Shown piece by piece: positions 10,701 through 24,662 of a DNA stretch of 64,000 nucleotides. The stretch is taken from assembly GCA_964187785.1 (NCBI GenBank), contig OZ076409.1, positions 44,828,001 to 44,892,000 on the forward strand. Reading direction: 5' to 3'. The translations under genes were made by a program, and so were the position numbers. A model generated the notes under the pieces. It was not told the origin of the DNA and did no database searches. It saw only the letters and a program-made list of their open reading frames with translations. Position 1 is the first letter of the stretch; every line of letters begins with the position of its first letter. This stretch comes from Amphiscolops sp. MND2022 (taxonomy: Eukaryota).

Positions 10701-13700
10701 GTAACTAATAGATTTATCGAGCGAAGTAGAGTTGAAATTGATCCTTGTAAAACGTATTCAGTTATAGTACATATCTTGTCTGAGGTCATGTCTGAGCCAG
10801 AGATTTCTTAATCTGTGTTCAGGTCTGGGTCAAAGATTTCTCAGTCTAGACCAGATATTTCATTCTATTCCATCTTGTCATAAGTTTTTCCTCTGTCAGT
10901 CCTGGAGCCAGATGTAGCCCGAGACTAAGAGTTCTCCGGGGTGGCAACGTATTTTCAGACATATAGTTTTAAGTCCGTTGCTCCCTCACGTTTCTTGATT
11001 AGGACAAAAACACTTCCGAAGTCTAGCGAATTTGTTTTTATGCTTCTGACGCTAATATAACTCACTCCAGAAATCTTTTTAGAACAACCCCCAGAAATGC
11101 CCTTACGGGTTGTACGCAGAGTTGTTGTCTGGCACGGCATTCACGGAACCCCGAACTCACAATCAGAGAAGGTAATTGATGAAAAATTATTGAGGCTCCC
11201 CAAAAGGCACAAAAAATTGTTCCATTTTCCAGGTTCCATTGTATTTTTCAGTTATCTGTATCGGATTCTTCCATCTGTTAGACATCAGCCTTTCGTTGAG
11301 GTCTATGAATCATTGGAAGAAGTTAACGAGAACATAAACAACCTTGTGCGAACACCTCCATCTCAGGTGAGTACAGGAAAAAAAATGCATTCACCAGTCA
11401 ATATTCAGAGATTATCTTAGAGCACGAGAATACAAGGACACATGTATAAACGAATATGAGTGAAAGCCCATGATCTTGCTATTTTAAAATCTGTTGAACA
11501 TGCACAAAATATTAAAGCCGATAGTTTAAACAAGGGCATCTTATTTAAAAATGGTTTTCATTGATGATGAAAAAGAAACTTTTTAACTCAAGAAACGCTT
11601 GTTTTCTCTGCTAATCAAGCAAATTTTTAAAAAAATACGGAACTTACCACAGGAATAAGTTCTAAGACAAACAATTTGATTCATGAATACCTTGCTCAAC
11701 AGAACAATTGACTCTTTTCTTCTTAGATGCGGTGGAAGCCTTTCAAACTTCCGGATGAAGCAATAGACAATCAAACTTTCATCGAGGTATATATATATAT
11801 TTTTTTTTACCAAATGCTCTCATTTTCACTAATCTACGAACGATTGTTTATAAATCGGTATTTTTTAGGGTTTGCGACTGTTCGCCGGAGCGGGAGATCC
11901 GTGTACTAGAAATGGCATTTCTGTTTACATATACACATTCAACAAGCCTATGGTCAATTCGTTAGTACTTGTTTATTCTTTTTTTTAAAAAATGACAAAG
12001 CTTCAGCATTTTATCTAAGAGTTTCCGTTGGGAGATTTCAATAGCACATGAAAAGTTGAACATTTCTACAACGGTGAAAACATTTCCTGTGAATGAAATA
12101 CTGCCATATCGCAGTTTCCAAAAATTTATAAAGCAACAAACTCCAAATAATTTTTGCAATGAATAAATTCATTTTATGAAGTTATTTCTTGATTCTAGAT
12201 ACTTTGAGAAATTCGTTAAAGTGTCCCTAAAAGAGATCGTTTTTTTTTCGTTTTTAGAGCTATCTACAACTCAGATGGAGACTTTCTTTTCGGTTAGTTA
12301 TCGCGCTTGCCTCTATTTTGAAATAGAAGTTTGGGGGTTTGTGGTTTCTTCGTATTAATTTCGAGCATTTGCGCAGTTTGCGTAACGTCGACAACCTAAT
12401 TGACTTGGTGTGCTGGTTTTAGTGCCGCAGCAAGGAACCTTGGAACTAACCACTGAGTTCGGCCGCATGGTTGTTCCACCTGGAGAAATATGTGTCATTC
12501 AGGTATTTTATAAAAATACAAATTAAGAAAAAAAAGACTGAAAGTGAATAGTCAAAGAATGCTAATTTAACTTCCCTATTTGAGATTTTTTTCTCATGGT
12601 TTCCATCGTGTTGAAGGGAACATCAATATTCTGATAGGTAAGAAAAAAATCCATGGCTGAGAGAGTTTTAGGATCCAAAAGGCTTTCATCACTTTGGAAA
12701 ACCTGTTAATGCAAAAAACCTGGAATTTACTACACACATGAAAATGTTTGGAACTGTTTACAAGAATCTTAGCAAGAACGCCAAAATTATGTACCATGTT
12801 TCATGATCTTGCTAAAAATTTTAAGGAGAACGCCCTTTTGGCTCAAGAAATGCGGGAAAACAATTTTTAGTACAGAAAAAGTTTCGGGTGAAATCGACGA
12901 ATTACTAGGCGTCGCATCAAAAATTCCAAGAAAAGAATGTTTAACCCCAATTCTGAGGGGTGAATGCCGATCTGCTTTGCTAATTCAGCGCCCTTTTTGG
13001 ATATTTTCTCCCCCATAGAGGGATAATATATTCTTTTAAAATTCCAACAGAGTCAAGAATAGGCGGGAAGGGGATTCCCGTTTAGTACTTGGTGCACCAA
13101 AAAATGAATTTCAGCGGAAAATTCCAAAATTACTTGCAATAAGATCTACGAGCAGTGGAATAATGGAAAATAATAGAATCTAAAACCGATGTAAAATGAT
13201 CTGAAATTAGTCGAAAAATATATATGGTAACAGGATCTAGAAGCACTGCCAGGCATAATTGACATTTTAGCGTGGGATACGATTCCGAGTAGACACTGAC
13301 AATGTTTGCCGAGGTTATATCCTGGAAGTTTACGATGGCCACTTCACACTTCCCGATCTAGGGCCAATCGGTACTGACTGTTGTTGAATTTGCTGCAAAA
13401 ATCTAGTGAAGAAAATGAATTTACTTTTCTTTGCTGTTTCAGGCTCAACTGGCTTGGCTAATATTCATGACTTCGAAACACCAGTGGCACACTTCGAAGA
13501 TATTACTAACGTTGACTTCAAAATTTACTCCAAGTTTCAAGGGAACTTTTACTCCTATATACAGGTTCTTGAAGTTTTTTCCCTCTTTGTTAATTGTGAA
13601 TTCTGATTGTAGTGTATGCTCATTTTGTAATACAGTCGTTGTCACTGAAAGACAATTTTTATTCCGTTAGTAAATCATCGATGATTGATGATTACAGCGA

Positions 13701-15557
13701 ATCTATTCTCTTTCCCGTTTCTCTAACTCCCGGTGAAGGCTTTGTTATCAAATTCAAAAGTATCGAGAGATATCTGTGAAAAAAACGGTGCTCGTTGGTT
13801 TTAGGTTGAGTTTTATTTCTCCATGCGGTTAAATCCGTGAATTCTTCAAATGAATTCATAAGTTAACGAATTAAATTCAAAGGATAGACATCGGCAGCTC
13901 CAACATTTTTTATTAGAAAGCATTAAGTTGATGTCAGTGCTTTGTCTTTAATCTTCAGAAGTCTCTGTATCATAGCTTCCAAGTTGAAATGTCAAACGGA
14001 ATCTGACTTTTAAAACTTACTCTTACTGAATGAAGTTCTACAGATGACCGTCATTACTCAAAGATAGCGAGGAAAATTTATGCCAATTTCTGCCAGAGTT
14101 ACTTACAATAATTTCTGACACCCTATTAAATTTGGGGATTTTAGGACCATTCGTGCTTTGATGTGGTTGCATGGAGGGGTAACTATGCTCCCTACAAGTA
14201 TGACCTGAGAAAGTTCTGCACGGTCAACTCAGTGAGCTACGATCACATGGACCCTTCTATCTTCACTGTGCTGACCTGCCAATCGACCAGACCAGGTCTG
14301 GCTATCGCAGACTTCGTCATCTTCCCCCCTCGATGGTCCGTCTGCGAAAACACGTTCCGTCCTCCGTACTACCACCGTATGTGCTTTCGTGCTTTCATAA
14401 TGGTAACAAAATCACAATGGTTTCTATATTTTTTATCATGTATGTAGTACGTCATATAAACATCAATTATGTAGTGGTTTTTCATGCCATTCAACTCCAA
14501 ACCGGTTAATGTTTTGATGCAGAAGTGAAACGTTTACCTTGGCCAAGAGATGATTGATTTATCCTAATTCCTAAATGACGATAACTTTGCCGATCAACAA
14601 ACTTCACTTTTACCGACAAAAGTTTTCGAGAAAGTTTAAGACTCAAATACTTTTTTGAAGTCATTCCAGGAACAGCATCCCAACTTTTAAACAATGCTGG
14701 TTTCTCATTCACTCAAAAGAAAATTACATGTAAAATATCAAATAGTTGTGAAAATTCTTGGTGTTTTTCCCTCATTTCACGTATAATGAAGTTTTTTTGG
14801 TGGCTTAATAGTTAATTCATGATGTTTCCAGGCAACTGCATGAGCGAATTCATGGGACTGATTTATGGGCATTACGAAGCAAAGGTAGGACGTGTGACTT
14901 TTCCTTTTTATGACGTTTCAGGAAAGTATTTTTCATCCAACTATGACGATGTTAACTCCAATTTAAAACAAATCGTTGCCCTAAAACTTCTTCAAATTTC
15001 CATGAAGAAAATATTTGGTTCAAATGAAGCTCTTGTAAACGTTTTTCATGCAACATGAATGTTTTCAGTTGACCAATAGTGACTGGCTGTTCATGCTGAA
15101 ATAGCGTGGATTCTACCATTGATCGAACAAAGAGCGACGATGATACTCACGTACTATAAATATTATAGATTTTGATCATAAAATTTTTCCGCTCTAGATA
15201 TGGCAAAACTGTCATTTTATGATTAGCAGTTTTCAACGTTTTTGACTCAAGGAAGTCATTTTTAGACAGGGTCTCATTGTTTATTTTTAGAAAGAAGGAT
15301 TCGCTCCCGGAGGTGCAACCTTGCACAGTTTCCTCACCCCTCACGGACCGGACACTGAGGCTTTTGAACAGGCCTCAAAAGCATCTCTGACCCCTTCTCG
15401 AGTGGCTGAGGGCACTATGGCTTTCATGTTTGAGTCCTCCCTTAGTCTTCAATGCTCTGAGTGGGCATTGAAAGGATGCGGTGTCAGGGACGAAAATTAC
15501 AACGACTGCTGGGCGGGGCTGAAACGAAAGTTTGAGCCTAAGTCCGCTAAAGAATAA
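7705..15557 (+). CDS. HGD: Homogentisate 1,2-dioxygenase (13 coding exons)
   Basis: Exons: 7705-7716, 8444-8524, 11083-11171, 11252-11366, 11727-11786, 11869-11960, 12258-12292, 12423-12502, 13271-13370, 13443-13564, 14145-14376, 14832-14884, 15291-15557. All introns are GT-AG and phase-compatible. The translation shows [77 protein letters not shown] and TPHGPD, with the iron ligands present. Exon 1 is the least certain; an alternative in-frame ATG lies at 8435. Confidence 0.96.
8652..9404 (+). mobile_element. Non-autonomous Helentron/DINE-like element with internal ~120-bp subrepeats (HGD intron 2)
   Basis: 5' end AAACAAG..AATCGGCGC, 3' end AGTCGCG..AAGCGCCGGCT-AAAAA, and repeated GGGGGACCCTTT..CAACATCCATTGTTGCAAAACATC units. 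Related to other copies in the window. Confidence 0.65.
9420..9690 (+). pseudogene. LINE reverse-transcriptase fragment
   Basis: Translates to [20 protein letters not shown]...NFADDT, a decayed GVPQGSILGPLLF..NDL..FADD motif. Confidence 0.6.
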
Positions 15558-16899
15558 ACAATTTGTATTTATAATTTCATTCCTGAGAATTTACCCTTTG
15601 AGTATTTCGTGAAACTTTTTCTGCATCACAGTCAAAACATGAGAAAACTGAAGTAATATTTATTTTCCCGAAATTGCGATGGAAGAAAAGTTCAAAATTT
15701 GTTTCATTTTTATGTTCAAATTTATTCACACGGTACTCGGAAACGAAAAAGAACCGTTAGCTTGAAAATTTATTGAAGTTTTATTTAGATCATGTTTTAG
15801 TTTCAGCATTCGTTTAGGATCCAAGAAGCACAAGAAGATGAAAACCAAAAACGTTCGAAGTTTTGTTTCCTAGCTAGCCCAAAGTGCCCAGCATTACGAT
15901 ACATATGCTGCATCGAACTAGCAAGTTCGATTAACAACCAATAAAAAGCCTTATTTTGAATACTCGTTACGGGTTTTGCTCGTTACACCATGTGAAATGG
16001 CGTTACACCTAGGAATTGAAATGCAGCACGTGACTTCTTTACACATTCTTCAAATACGCACTTTGACTGATTTCCACAATGCAAGAGTCCCTAGTCCGCA
16101 AAACAGTACCGAAATTCTAGTTAACTCTCGAGGCTCTTCAATGCTGATTCCACGAACAATGTGGAAGACGAGATAATGTCGGCATATACGTTGTTAAAGA
16201 AAAAACAGTCGAAACTGTCTACCAGATGCTGATTGATGTAGTGAAAAAAAAAACAAGATATCCAAATTCTAAAACAGACGTCAGTGTTTGGCAACTTGTA
16301 CCCAACAGAAACGTGAAGAAAGACGAAATACGCCCAAACATGCGGACGGATAGCAATCAAAGCAACCATGAACAAGCCGGTTACGGCCCAAGTTGACACC
16401 AAGGTCATGGTGAAAAAGTGTACCCGGAGACGTGGTTTTTATATTACTTGAATAAAGATTTATCGGAAAAGGCGGGTATTCGTTTAGTTTCCTTTAGTTG
16501 AACGTTAATGTTCGTCGCTTCGAGTCTGTCTTGAAGAAAGATAACGAGTGATGTAAAAGTCGGGTTCTATTCTTAAGAAAAGCGCCGACTAAAAAGTCCC
16601 ATAGTACTGAAAACCTGACTCTAAAGCTTTACATTGGACGCCAATTATGTATAACTTTTGGGGGAAAGTCGATAACGTTCTACGAGAAAAGAAAACGTTA
16701 TGTACGAACTTTGAAAACGTTACGTCCGAACATTGAAAACCTTTTATCCGAGTTTCAGTACGTGTTAGATGTTATATGATAAACTTTTTAATTAGCAATT
16801 TTTTTAAATTTTAATACGTTAATTTCCGGTTTGCATATAATCCGGTATGGGTGGTGTTATTGTCAGAGGGGAATCCTAAGCACTTTTTACAGCTTTGAA

Positions 16900-19055
16900 A
16901 AGTTCGCCGAGCAGCATTATACCCGGTAAGCGTTGCAGTTTATAAAGCTTATAAATTTGGTCACCTTGTTGGTCCTAAAAAACGTTTCAAAAAGCCAGTA
17001 CCATAGTCTCGACTTGTCTCCGAAAGTGTCGACTAAAAATGCAAAGAAGGACAATTATACTAACACTGATGCTGTTTTGTTGATAGCAAGATTAGGCAAA
17101 GCGCTGAGGTTGTGTTTTGACACTGAATCTGAAAATATGTTGAACAAAAAGCTGTTTATAAATTTGATGATTCAAAAAGTGGCTGTGAGAATTTGTACGA
17201 GTTATTTGATCGCTATCCTGATTTCTTTTATTTTTTCGGCAGGTCGAGCTTGTATTTTGTTTGGGGGAACGCTCACGTATGCTTCGAAACGTTACAAAAT
17301 CGAAGTTTAAACACAACACCAAATACAAAGCAAAACATGCCTGGAAATGATGAGAACGAATGCATGCTTCACCCGGATGCCTCATGAACAGTTTAAAGCA
17401 CTTCCTGAAAAATGCTGTCCGGTAAACAACTGTTTTTAAATTGGTGATATGCGTTTTGACCTACTTGAAACAACTGTAATTGGCGATCAATATTTAATAG
17501 TTATATATTCAATTTGCTGCTATCAAAGTATAAACGTTCACACACGTACGTGTTTTCCTCTATCGCAATACCCCTTTTTGATTATAACTTTCCTTGATTC
17601 TCTACAAACATTGAAATTTGATATCATTGGCCCCGATTATAACAATAAAAGTGCAGCCTATGTTCATATAGATATTTACTAAGCCCAATCCATTGGTTCT
17701 CAACAATTTATGGAAACGATGAAAATCTTCAAAGTGGTCAATCATTAAGGGTAGTATCAAACTACCTGCGGTAATACCTGACACGTTTTAATTCGGAAGG
17801 GGGCTTCGAAGGAACAACCGAAAGCCTTGCCAATGCGCTCAGCACAGCACTTACCATTTCTTCGGTCAAACCGAAAGAAGTCCTCGTAGATCCAACAAAC
17901 CTGGGATAATTGAAACGAAACAGTCAAAAAGAGCATTATTCGACAAAACTACCTGTTTAACATGTACAAATGATATCACACATCGCCTGATATAAGTAAC
18001 TACTCAAAATTGCGGAACTGAGATTGTAAGCTCTTCCGGTTGATAAAACGCAAGTACTTCTCTAGTTTATCTAAGGAATTCCTAGGTTCGTGGAGATGTT
18101 TTTTCAAGAACTGAATGGACTTACTCGTAGTCACAAGAAAAAGAGTGGTTTCATTTGATGAAAGCAATTTGAGCACTGCAGTGATGCTGCAGTGTCAAAA
18201 TGGTTCAATCACAAATTTGTTTCATGAGCAAACCATTAGACGCCTCGATTCCAAACGTCCCTTTCACCACCGAGAACGCATCCAATCACGTGACAAGTTT
18301 CTATCGTTTCATTGAACTGATTGTTTTACAACCTCTGGAAATTCACACACTTTAAAGAATCACGGAGCGGCTGCAGTCGATTGGCTTCTGCTGAAAAGCT
18401 TAAGTCGAGTCTTGAAGTAATATGTGATAGATAGATTGTCCTTCAGTATTTGGGAATCACGTTCGAGTACAGGTTTCCCTAATTCTGAAATTTTGCTGAA
18501 GGTCATCTGAAGGACAAATCTGAAAAAAAAATTGCCAGTATTATCGGCCAATATCAGTTTTACTAGTTCTCAACAAAGTTTTGGAAATCAGGAAAACCTT
18601 TGACACAGAGAACCTTGATTATTATTTCCCGAAGCGAAAACCTTTTGCATCAGATGTGTTTGTCTGAAGTGAAGGTGTTTGGTTTTTAATAGTTCAGTGA
18701 AGGTTTCATCAAAGTTGGGTGCAAAGCTACGGTAGAAGAACGCTAGCAGTCACGTGCCTTTACCATTGGACCAAATGGCTAATTTATTCGCACCAATCAT
18801 TCGACTAGTCGCTAACAATGCCGTTGTTACATAAAGGAGGGCGCCGAAGGACTTCGAAAGATTGAAGGTAGTCACAAGAAGTTTTCAATTATTGGTGGAG
18901 GTTCCAATGGTTAGAGTTTCCAAGTATTGGTTGAAACTACACAGAGAAAAGTTAAAGGTCCCTGAATATTATTTCACTATCAAAGCACAGCGACTACACT
19001 GAGATTAACACTCAAATTCAAGGTTTGGTGAAGACTAACTGATTTTAACAATTTG
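16900..19055 (-). mobile_element. Highly decayed non-LTR retrotransposon (ORF1 plus APE and linker remnants)
   Basis: Minus-strand remnants CDIIC (APE DII..ET motif), FIVIIG (IIGDFN) and KSRLWYWL (ORF2 linker). It begins with the shared 5' module at 18965-19055. Confidence 0.5.
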
Positions 19056-19377
19056 AGACCAATTTTTTGGACCCATCCTTCTCTAGGTTTTGGCAGGTCC
19101 ACCCTACTCGATGAAGAAGAAGTTTTGTTTCGGTCCTCCTATCAAAGATTCAATTCACTTGTTTCTCAGACAATCAAATCTCTACACTGGACGCTTCGAT
19201 TTGAAAGAAGAGGAGCTACCAACGAAGACTTGTTTGAACGAAGGGATTTAATGAACGTTCATGAACCTTTGTGTGTTTGAAGTATGTCGTTCAATTATGT
19301 TGTTCATGAAATCTGAGGAAAAGAGGTAGGCAGCTTATTCACTCTTAAAAATCCCCTGATTTCTGCACGTGGTCTTT

Positions 19378-19934
19378 TGTATTTGGCGCTTTTGAAGAAA
19401 GTGCCGATTCATACAGTAGGAGTTTATTTAGACGCGTAAGGTCCACTTTTTTGTTCATTTATTCACGAACCTGAACTGAGGTTCAAAACACTCGAAACCC
19501 TCAGAAGCTTGTCCAAAACGGACAAAAACCGACGTCCAGAACCTTCAAACCATACTTAAGATCCCCCTTTGCAATATTGCTGTTTTCCTTTTTTTCAGGA
19601 CTATGAGACTATTTTTTGAAAACTTTTTCTTTGAAAATAACCAAAGAGTCTACCTTTCATTTGTTTCGATAATTGGCAACAAAAAACATGCTAAAAAGTA
19701 CCAAAGATCCCCCCTCTTACAATTCTCAGCACTGTGAAACTGTTCAAAAGTCTCAGTTTTTGATACAATTTTCAGAACTTGTTTTAAGTCTCCAAAGGGT
19801 CCCCTTCATTCTTTTCCTCTTTTGCAACAAACTGGAGTTTCAAAAAAGCCCAAAGGTCCCCCTTTTATAATTTTAAAAACCGCGCAATTTGAGCCGCAGA
19901 TACAGCGCCGACCTTGGTCGTTCCCAGCTGGTTC
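19378..19934 (-). mobile_element. Helentron/DINE-like repeat copy
   Basis: Same termini as the 43785-44475 copy (ggcgcttttgaagaaagtgccga... and ...agcgccgaccttggtcgttccc) plus aagggtccccc cores. Confidence 0.65.
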
Positions 19935-22900
19935 TAACATGTTTCAAACACTGGATCTACGCCTGGAACTGATACGTCCATCACTGAAACGTCGTAGAAC
20001 AATATTTCGGAACCACAGATTTGGGGAAAACTTTTGCGTCTCTACAATGAGCAGTGCAAAAACTAAGAGCATCATAAAGTTGTCCGGAATTTCGTCGGCA
20101 GAATAATAGGCAAATGCTTTGCTGATTATTTTTTTGTGTATTGGCCTGTGTAAGCAAGGGCCTTCTCCTTCTTAGTTCCGTACCTAGTAGGGTCCCTTTC
20201 AGTTAACGTCTGTTTGTTTTTTCGGAGAATTGCTGCACATAGCTGAAGGGCGCTGGTCCTTGTCGTGATCTCTCGAAAAGCGTCCCATTGTTTTTGCACA
20301 AATGGCAATCACGAAAGAATTTCCAGTGCAGACGTCCTTTCCAGAGAATCTTTTGACAAATTCCCACTTCAAGCTGATAAATCTTATCTTCAGTTCCATC
20401 AAATTTCTAAGATCTGTGTCATTGCTTAGACGGTTTAAATTTATGCACGTACGAAACGTTATTTCTCTTTTTGATTTTTCAGTGCGTGTTTTGGGCTCAA
20501 CGAAGGGTTCGCTTGATCTTTCAGGTCGCTGATGATTGGCAGAAGGGGACTGCCACTTCCAGGGCTGCTATCTTGGCCATGGTCAGGATATCACTCAATT
20601 GAATGAACATAGGTAGATTTAATATATCTAGAAGACGAAATTGGTTTTAGGTAGCTCCCATCCTTCAACCTGTTGATCCATTTCACCAACTCTTTCCGGA
20701 ACTGTTTTGATAAGTGTAAGTCCGCTCTTGATTCTGATACGAAGGTGAAACCAGAACTGGCAGTATCTTTGATTTGTACAGACCGCGTTTTAAAAATTGT
20801 TTTTACAGCTACGTGTACAGCAACGTTTCGCCGTATCCAATAAACGAATTTTGTTGGCTTTCTTGAGTCTGAAACCAACATGGATTTTCCAAGAGAGATC
20901 TTCCTGAACATTAACACCGAGGTCCTTCGCATATTTCGATAATTCTAGTGCTTTTTGTTTATTCAAAAGACATGATCTTTGCTCCCGATTTGCGTGTCCG
21001 CAAAATATTCCATTTTCATAGCTGACTCCATTTTGTTTTTTTTTCATCCAGGTTTTGACAGCATGTAGGTCAACTTGAACCTGCCAGTAGGATTTGTTGG
21101 TAGATGATTTTTGGGTGGTCCGCAAACAGAAAGGGTTCGGAGAAGACAAGGACCTCGGGTAGGTCCAAATTGAACATACAGAAAAGTAGCGGCCCTAATA
21201 AAGATCCTTGGGGCACACTACTTGTGACATCAACCGTTTTTGAACTGGAGTTGTCAACTCTGACAATCTGTTTTCTGTTTTTCAGATAATTGATTAGTAT
21301 ATCGAGTAGACTTCCGCGACTCCAATTTTTCCAGGTTCTGGAATCATGTCAAAAAAAGTACTTTATCAGATGCTTTCGAAAACTCTGTATTAAATACAGT
21401 TACTTCGGCGCTTTGATCCTCGTCCAGTGCTGTATGGATCCTCTTCAAGAAGCTCAGCATCTTTGTCAAGATTAATCTTCCTTTAACGAAAACATGTTGG
21501 GTTTGTGTCAAATATTTGCAGAAATGGGGGTAGAGCTTGGTATATACACTTCTCAAATATTTTGCCCTCAATGTTTAAGCGAGATACCGGTCGGTAATTC
21601 TCAACTCCTCGCCTATCTCCTTTCTTATGGATCAGTGACATTGCAGCGATCTTCTCGGAGTCCGGTATCTTCCGCAACCTTTTTATGTTTTAAAAAAAAA
21701 CCTGTAAGATTTTGCTCATGTTCCTCGAAGTTTGTTGGGAGAAGGCAGGTGGTGACAGGTTAGGGACTTGGAACTTCTTTATGTCAAGGTACACCAAAAT
21801 GTTGTTGACGTATGCTTTGGATATTTTAACATTTGCCAAGGAAGAAATCTCGGATTAGATATCCTCAAAATTGACTTCTTTAAAAAAAAGGGAAGACTTA
21901 GTGGAATCAATTGTTCAGCATTTCAACTTTTCGGTTCAAAAGAACTTAGGTCGTTAACGCTAGTCATTTTTTTTGGGAGACTGGGGCATTTATTAAGGTG
22001 TTTGAAAATTTGGTTTGTGTTTCTGGCAGACACAATCTTTCCCGAATTTCTACTCTGTTCTCTTCGCTTGATTCAATCAAGAGTTTTTCGAAAAGACTGT
22101 GGATTTACGATAGGTTGTAGTGTTCATTGCGCGTAACTTCTTCTCCGTTTTTAGTCAGTTCATCAGATTCGATGTAAAGCCCGTGATCCACTGTCTATTT
22201 CTTGTTCTTCTTGGCACGAAGATTTCAATCACTTTATCAGAATACTGGTACACTTCTTTTCAGAGTTTGTTGAGCTTCGTTTGACAGACTGGTGCGAAAG
22301 GATTTGGTCTGAAGACATCGTTTATGCCGTCACTGTCTAAAAACCGAAATATCTAAAGTTCTCCACTATTGGTTTGTTTTCACTTGTTCGAAACCCGATT
22401 GAGAGATTCACTGCCCGGTGGTCTGAACAGTCATTGACTTTTGAGAATATTTCATACAAATTTGCAGTAACAAAGTAGTTTCTATGGAAAGCGACGTCTA
22501 ACAGCCTTTGAGAATAAAGAGGAGAATCATAGGCTTGCCTAATGATACTTTTTATAAACAGTTATATTACAATTTGTTCATCCACGAAGTTGTAAGTTTG
22601 TGAGGACCAGTGCACACCAGGGAAGTTGAGATCACCACATGCAACCACCGCTCCCATTTTAGGAACATTTTTGACAATCTGTTCGCCATCTTGGTTTGCG
22701 GATCTATTGAAGCTATTCCGAGATGGTTGTAAAAGGCACATATGGCCAATTTCGTCACAGCTAATCTAATTTCGCATGACACGCATGAGTCAGGAAGGGT
22801 TACATCGAATTGTTCTGATTTTAAACAGTTTCTCACGCCGATGAGACTTCCTCCATGTGAATTTCGATCCGCTTCTATCGATTTTCCATCTTTACTCGAT

Positions 22901-24662
22901 CACTGCGGTAAACCTTAAAACTGTACATAAGTACCTCAGTTGAATCAATACTTCCATTCAATCAAGTTTCACACACGCACTTGACATTGTAGTCGGAAAG
23001 CATTACGACATTCGCCATCTTTATTCTTCTATCGAAATTTACAAGGCTGCAGCCATTCTACTGTAAGATGTTGGGGATGCTTAGTCATGTCGATATTTAG
23101 GTTACCCCGAGTTCGGTTTTTTCCTCAACCTCTACTTCTTGTCCGTCGTTGAACAGGTGAAGGTTCCTGATTTTCAGCTTTTGTCTAGGAGTTCCTTCTT
23201 TTAGAAGTTCCCTCCTTTTCTTCAAAACAAGATTTTCGCTCAGAACTTCTTCCTTTGACAAAACTGGGAGGATTTAAATGTTCTTTCCACTTAAGTGACC
23301 TCTAGATTCATAGCATTTCGCAACCGTGAGACAGGCTTCATGATCATTTGCTACTGTTACCAATAGTGTTCTTGATTTCTTTCGATTTGCGTCAAGTTTT
23401 CCAAGGCGTTTGAGATCAAGAAAATTCCACTTTAATCCCGGGTCATTCAAAATTTTGTTTACTTCCTCTTCGGTTGGGACAAGGGTTTCAACTTTCCTCA
23501 GGGACTCCTTGTACTCGATTTAGGTTTCATGATTTTGTGTTAACTTCACTGACTTTCTTCGTAGACTTTTCTACGGCAACTACAGCAGCATATGTCATCT
23601 CAACTTTATCCGCCGTTGTTTTCAGTGCATCTCTAAGTTTTTCGTGATCCAGCTCAGTCAGTCTCTGCTCCATTTTCTTTCCTTTATCACCGAGGTTGTC
23701 AATTTTTCGGTGTAGGTTGACAGTTTTTCAGAAACATGCGTAAGGGTACTTTCATTGTTCTGAATACAGATATTGCATATTAGCATGGAATTAAGTCCCA
23801 GTTCTTTGATTCCATTTAGGGCAGTGTTGGACGAGGCTGTGCATTCTGGAGTGAGGTGTATAAGGCCGTTTCACGATACGCAGAACTTTGTTCGCTCACT
23901 TTTGGAGATGCATGTTTCTGAACTAATGCAGTTTCTTCCAATTTTTCATATCAGCAAATTAGACTTAATTGATAGACGAGAGTTTTAAGCGGTTAAGATC
24001 GACTCCGATGAACTTAGTCATTAGGAATGTCACAAAACCCAGTAAAGGTCAAAAGAAAATCTTCCACTGACCAGTCGAAAAATTTTTCATCGGATGATTT
24101 TCTTGCGTTGCTTCTGGGATAGACGGTGTTTTTAAAGTCGGAAAAAAACTTTCGACTCTTTATGCAATCGGAGATGCATGTTTCTGAACTAATGCAGTTT
24201 CTTCCAATTTTTCATATCAGCAAATTAGACTTAATTGATAGACGAGAGTTTTAAGCGGTTAAGATCGACTCCGATGAACTTAGTCATTAGGAATGTCACA
24301 AAACCCAGTAAAGGTCAAAAGAAAATCTTCCACTGACCAGTCGAAAAATTTTTCATCGGATGATTTTCTTGCGTTGCTTCTGGGATAGACGGTGTTTTTA
24401 AAGTCGGAAAAAAACTTTCGACTCTTTATGCAATCGTAACGTTTTTTTTTCTGCCGACCATTTCAATGAAAACTTCAATTTCCTCAAAAACTTTCCGTAC
24501 GGTGTTCAAGGTCGTCGAAATTACTTAAATCAGAAAAATACTGAAACGATCTCTCTGAAAAACATTTCACTATCAAAACTCAGCGACTAAGTTGAAACTA
24601 CTCTGAGACTAACACTCAATTTCGAGATTTTGATGAAGACTAACTGATTTTAACAATTTGAA
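19935..24662 (-). mobile_element. CR1/L2-like LINE, near full length but decayed (ORF1 about 23770-23085; ORF2 APE-RT about 23080-20130)
   Basis: APE remnants VCET and HGGSLIGV. RT motifs YRPVSRLNIEGKIFEKC, QHVFVKGR, FSKASDKV, SVPQGSLLGPLLF and DLGVNVQEDLSWKIH. A CATGACTAA ORF1/ORF2 junction is present. Many stops and frameshifts. Confidence 0.85.
23904..24436. repeat. Direct tandem duplication, 266-bp period
   Basis: The block ggagatgcatg...tatgcaatc starts at both 23904 and 24170 and appears identical. Confidence 0.92.

Noticed and set aside
16160..16550. Possible solo LTR (TG start, AATAAA)
   Set aside because: No CA end or target-site duplication found.
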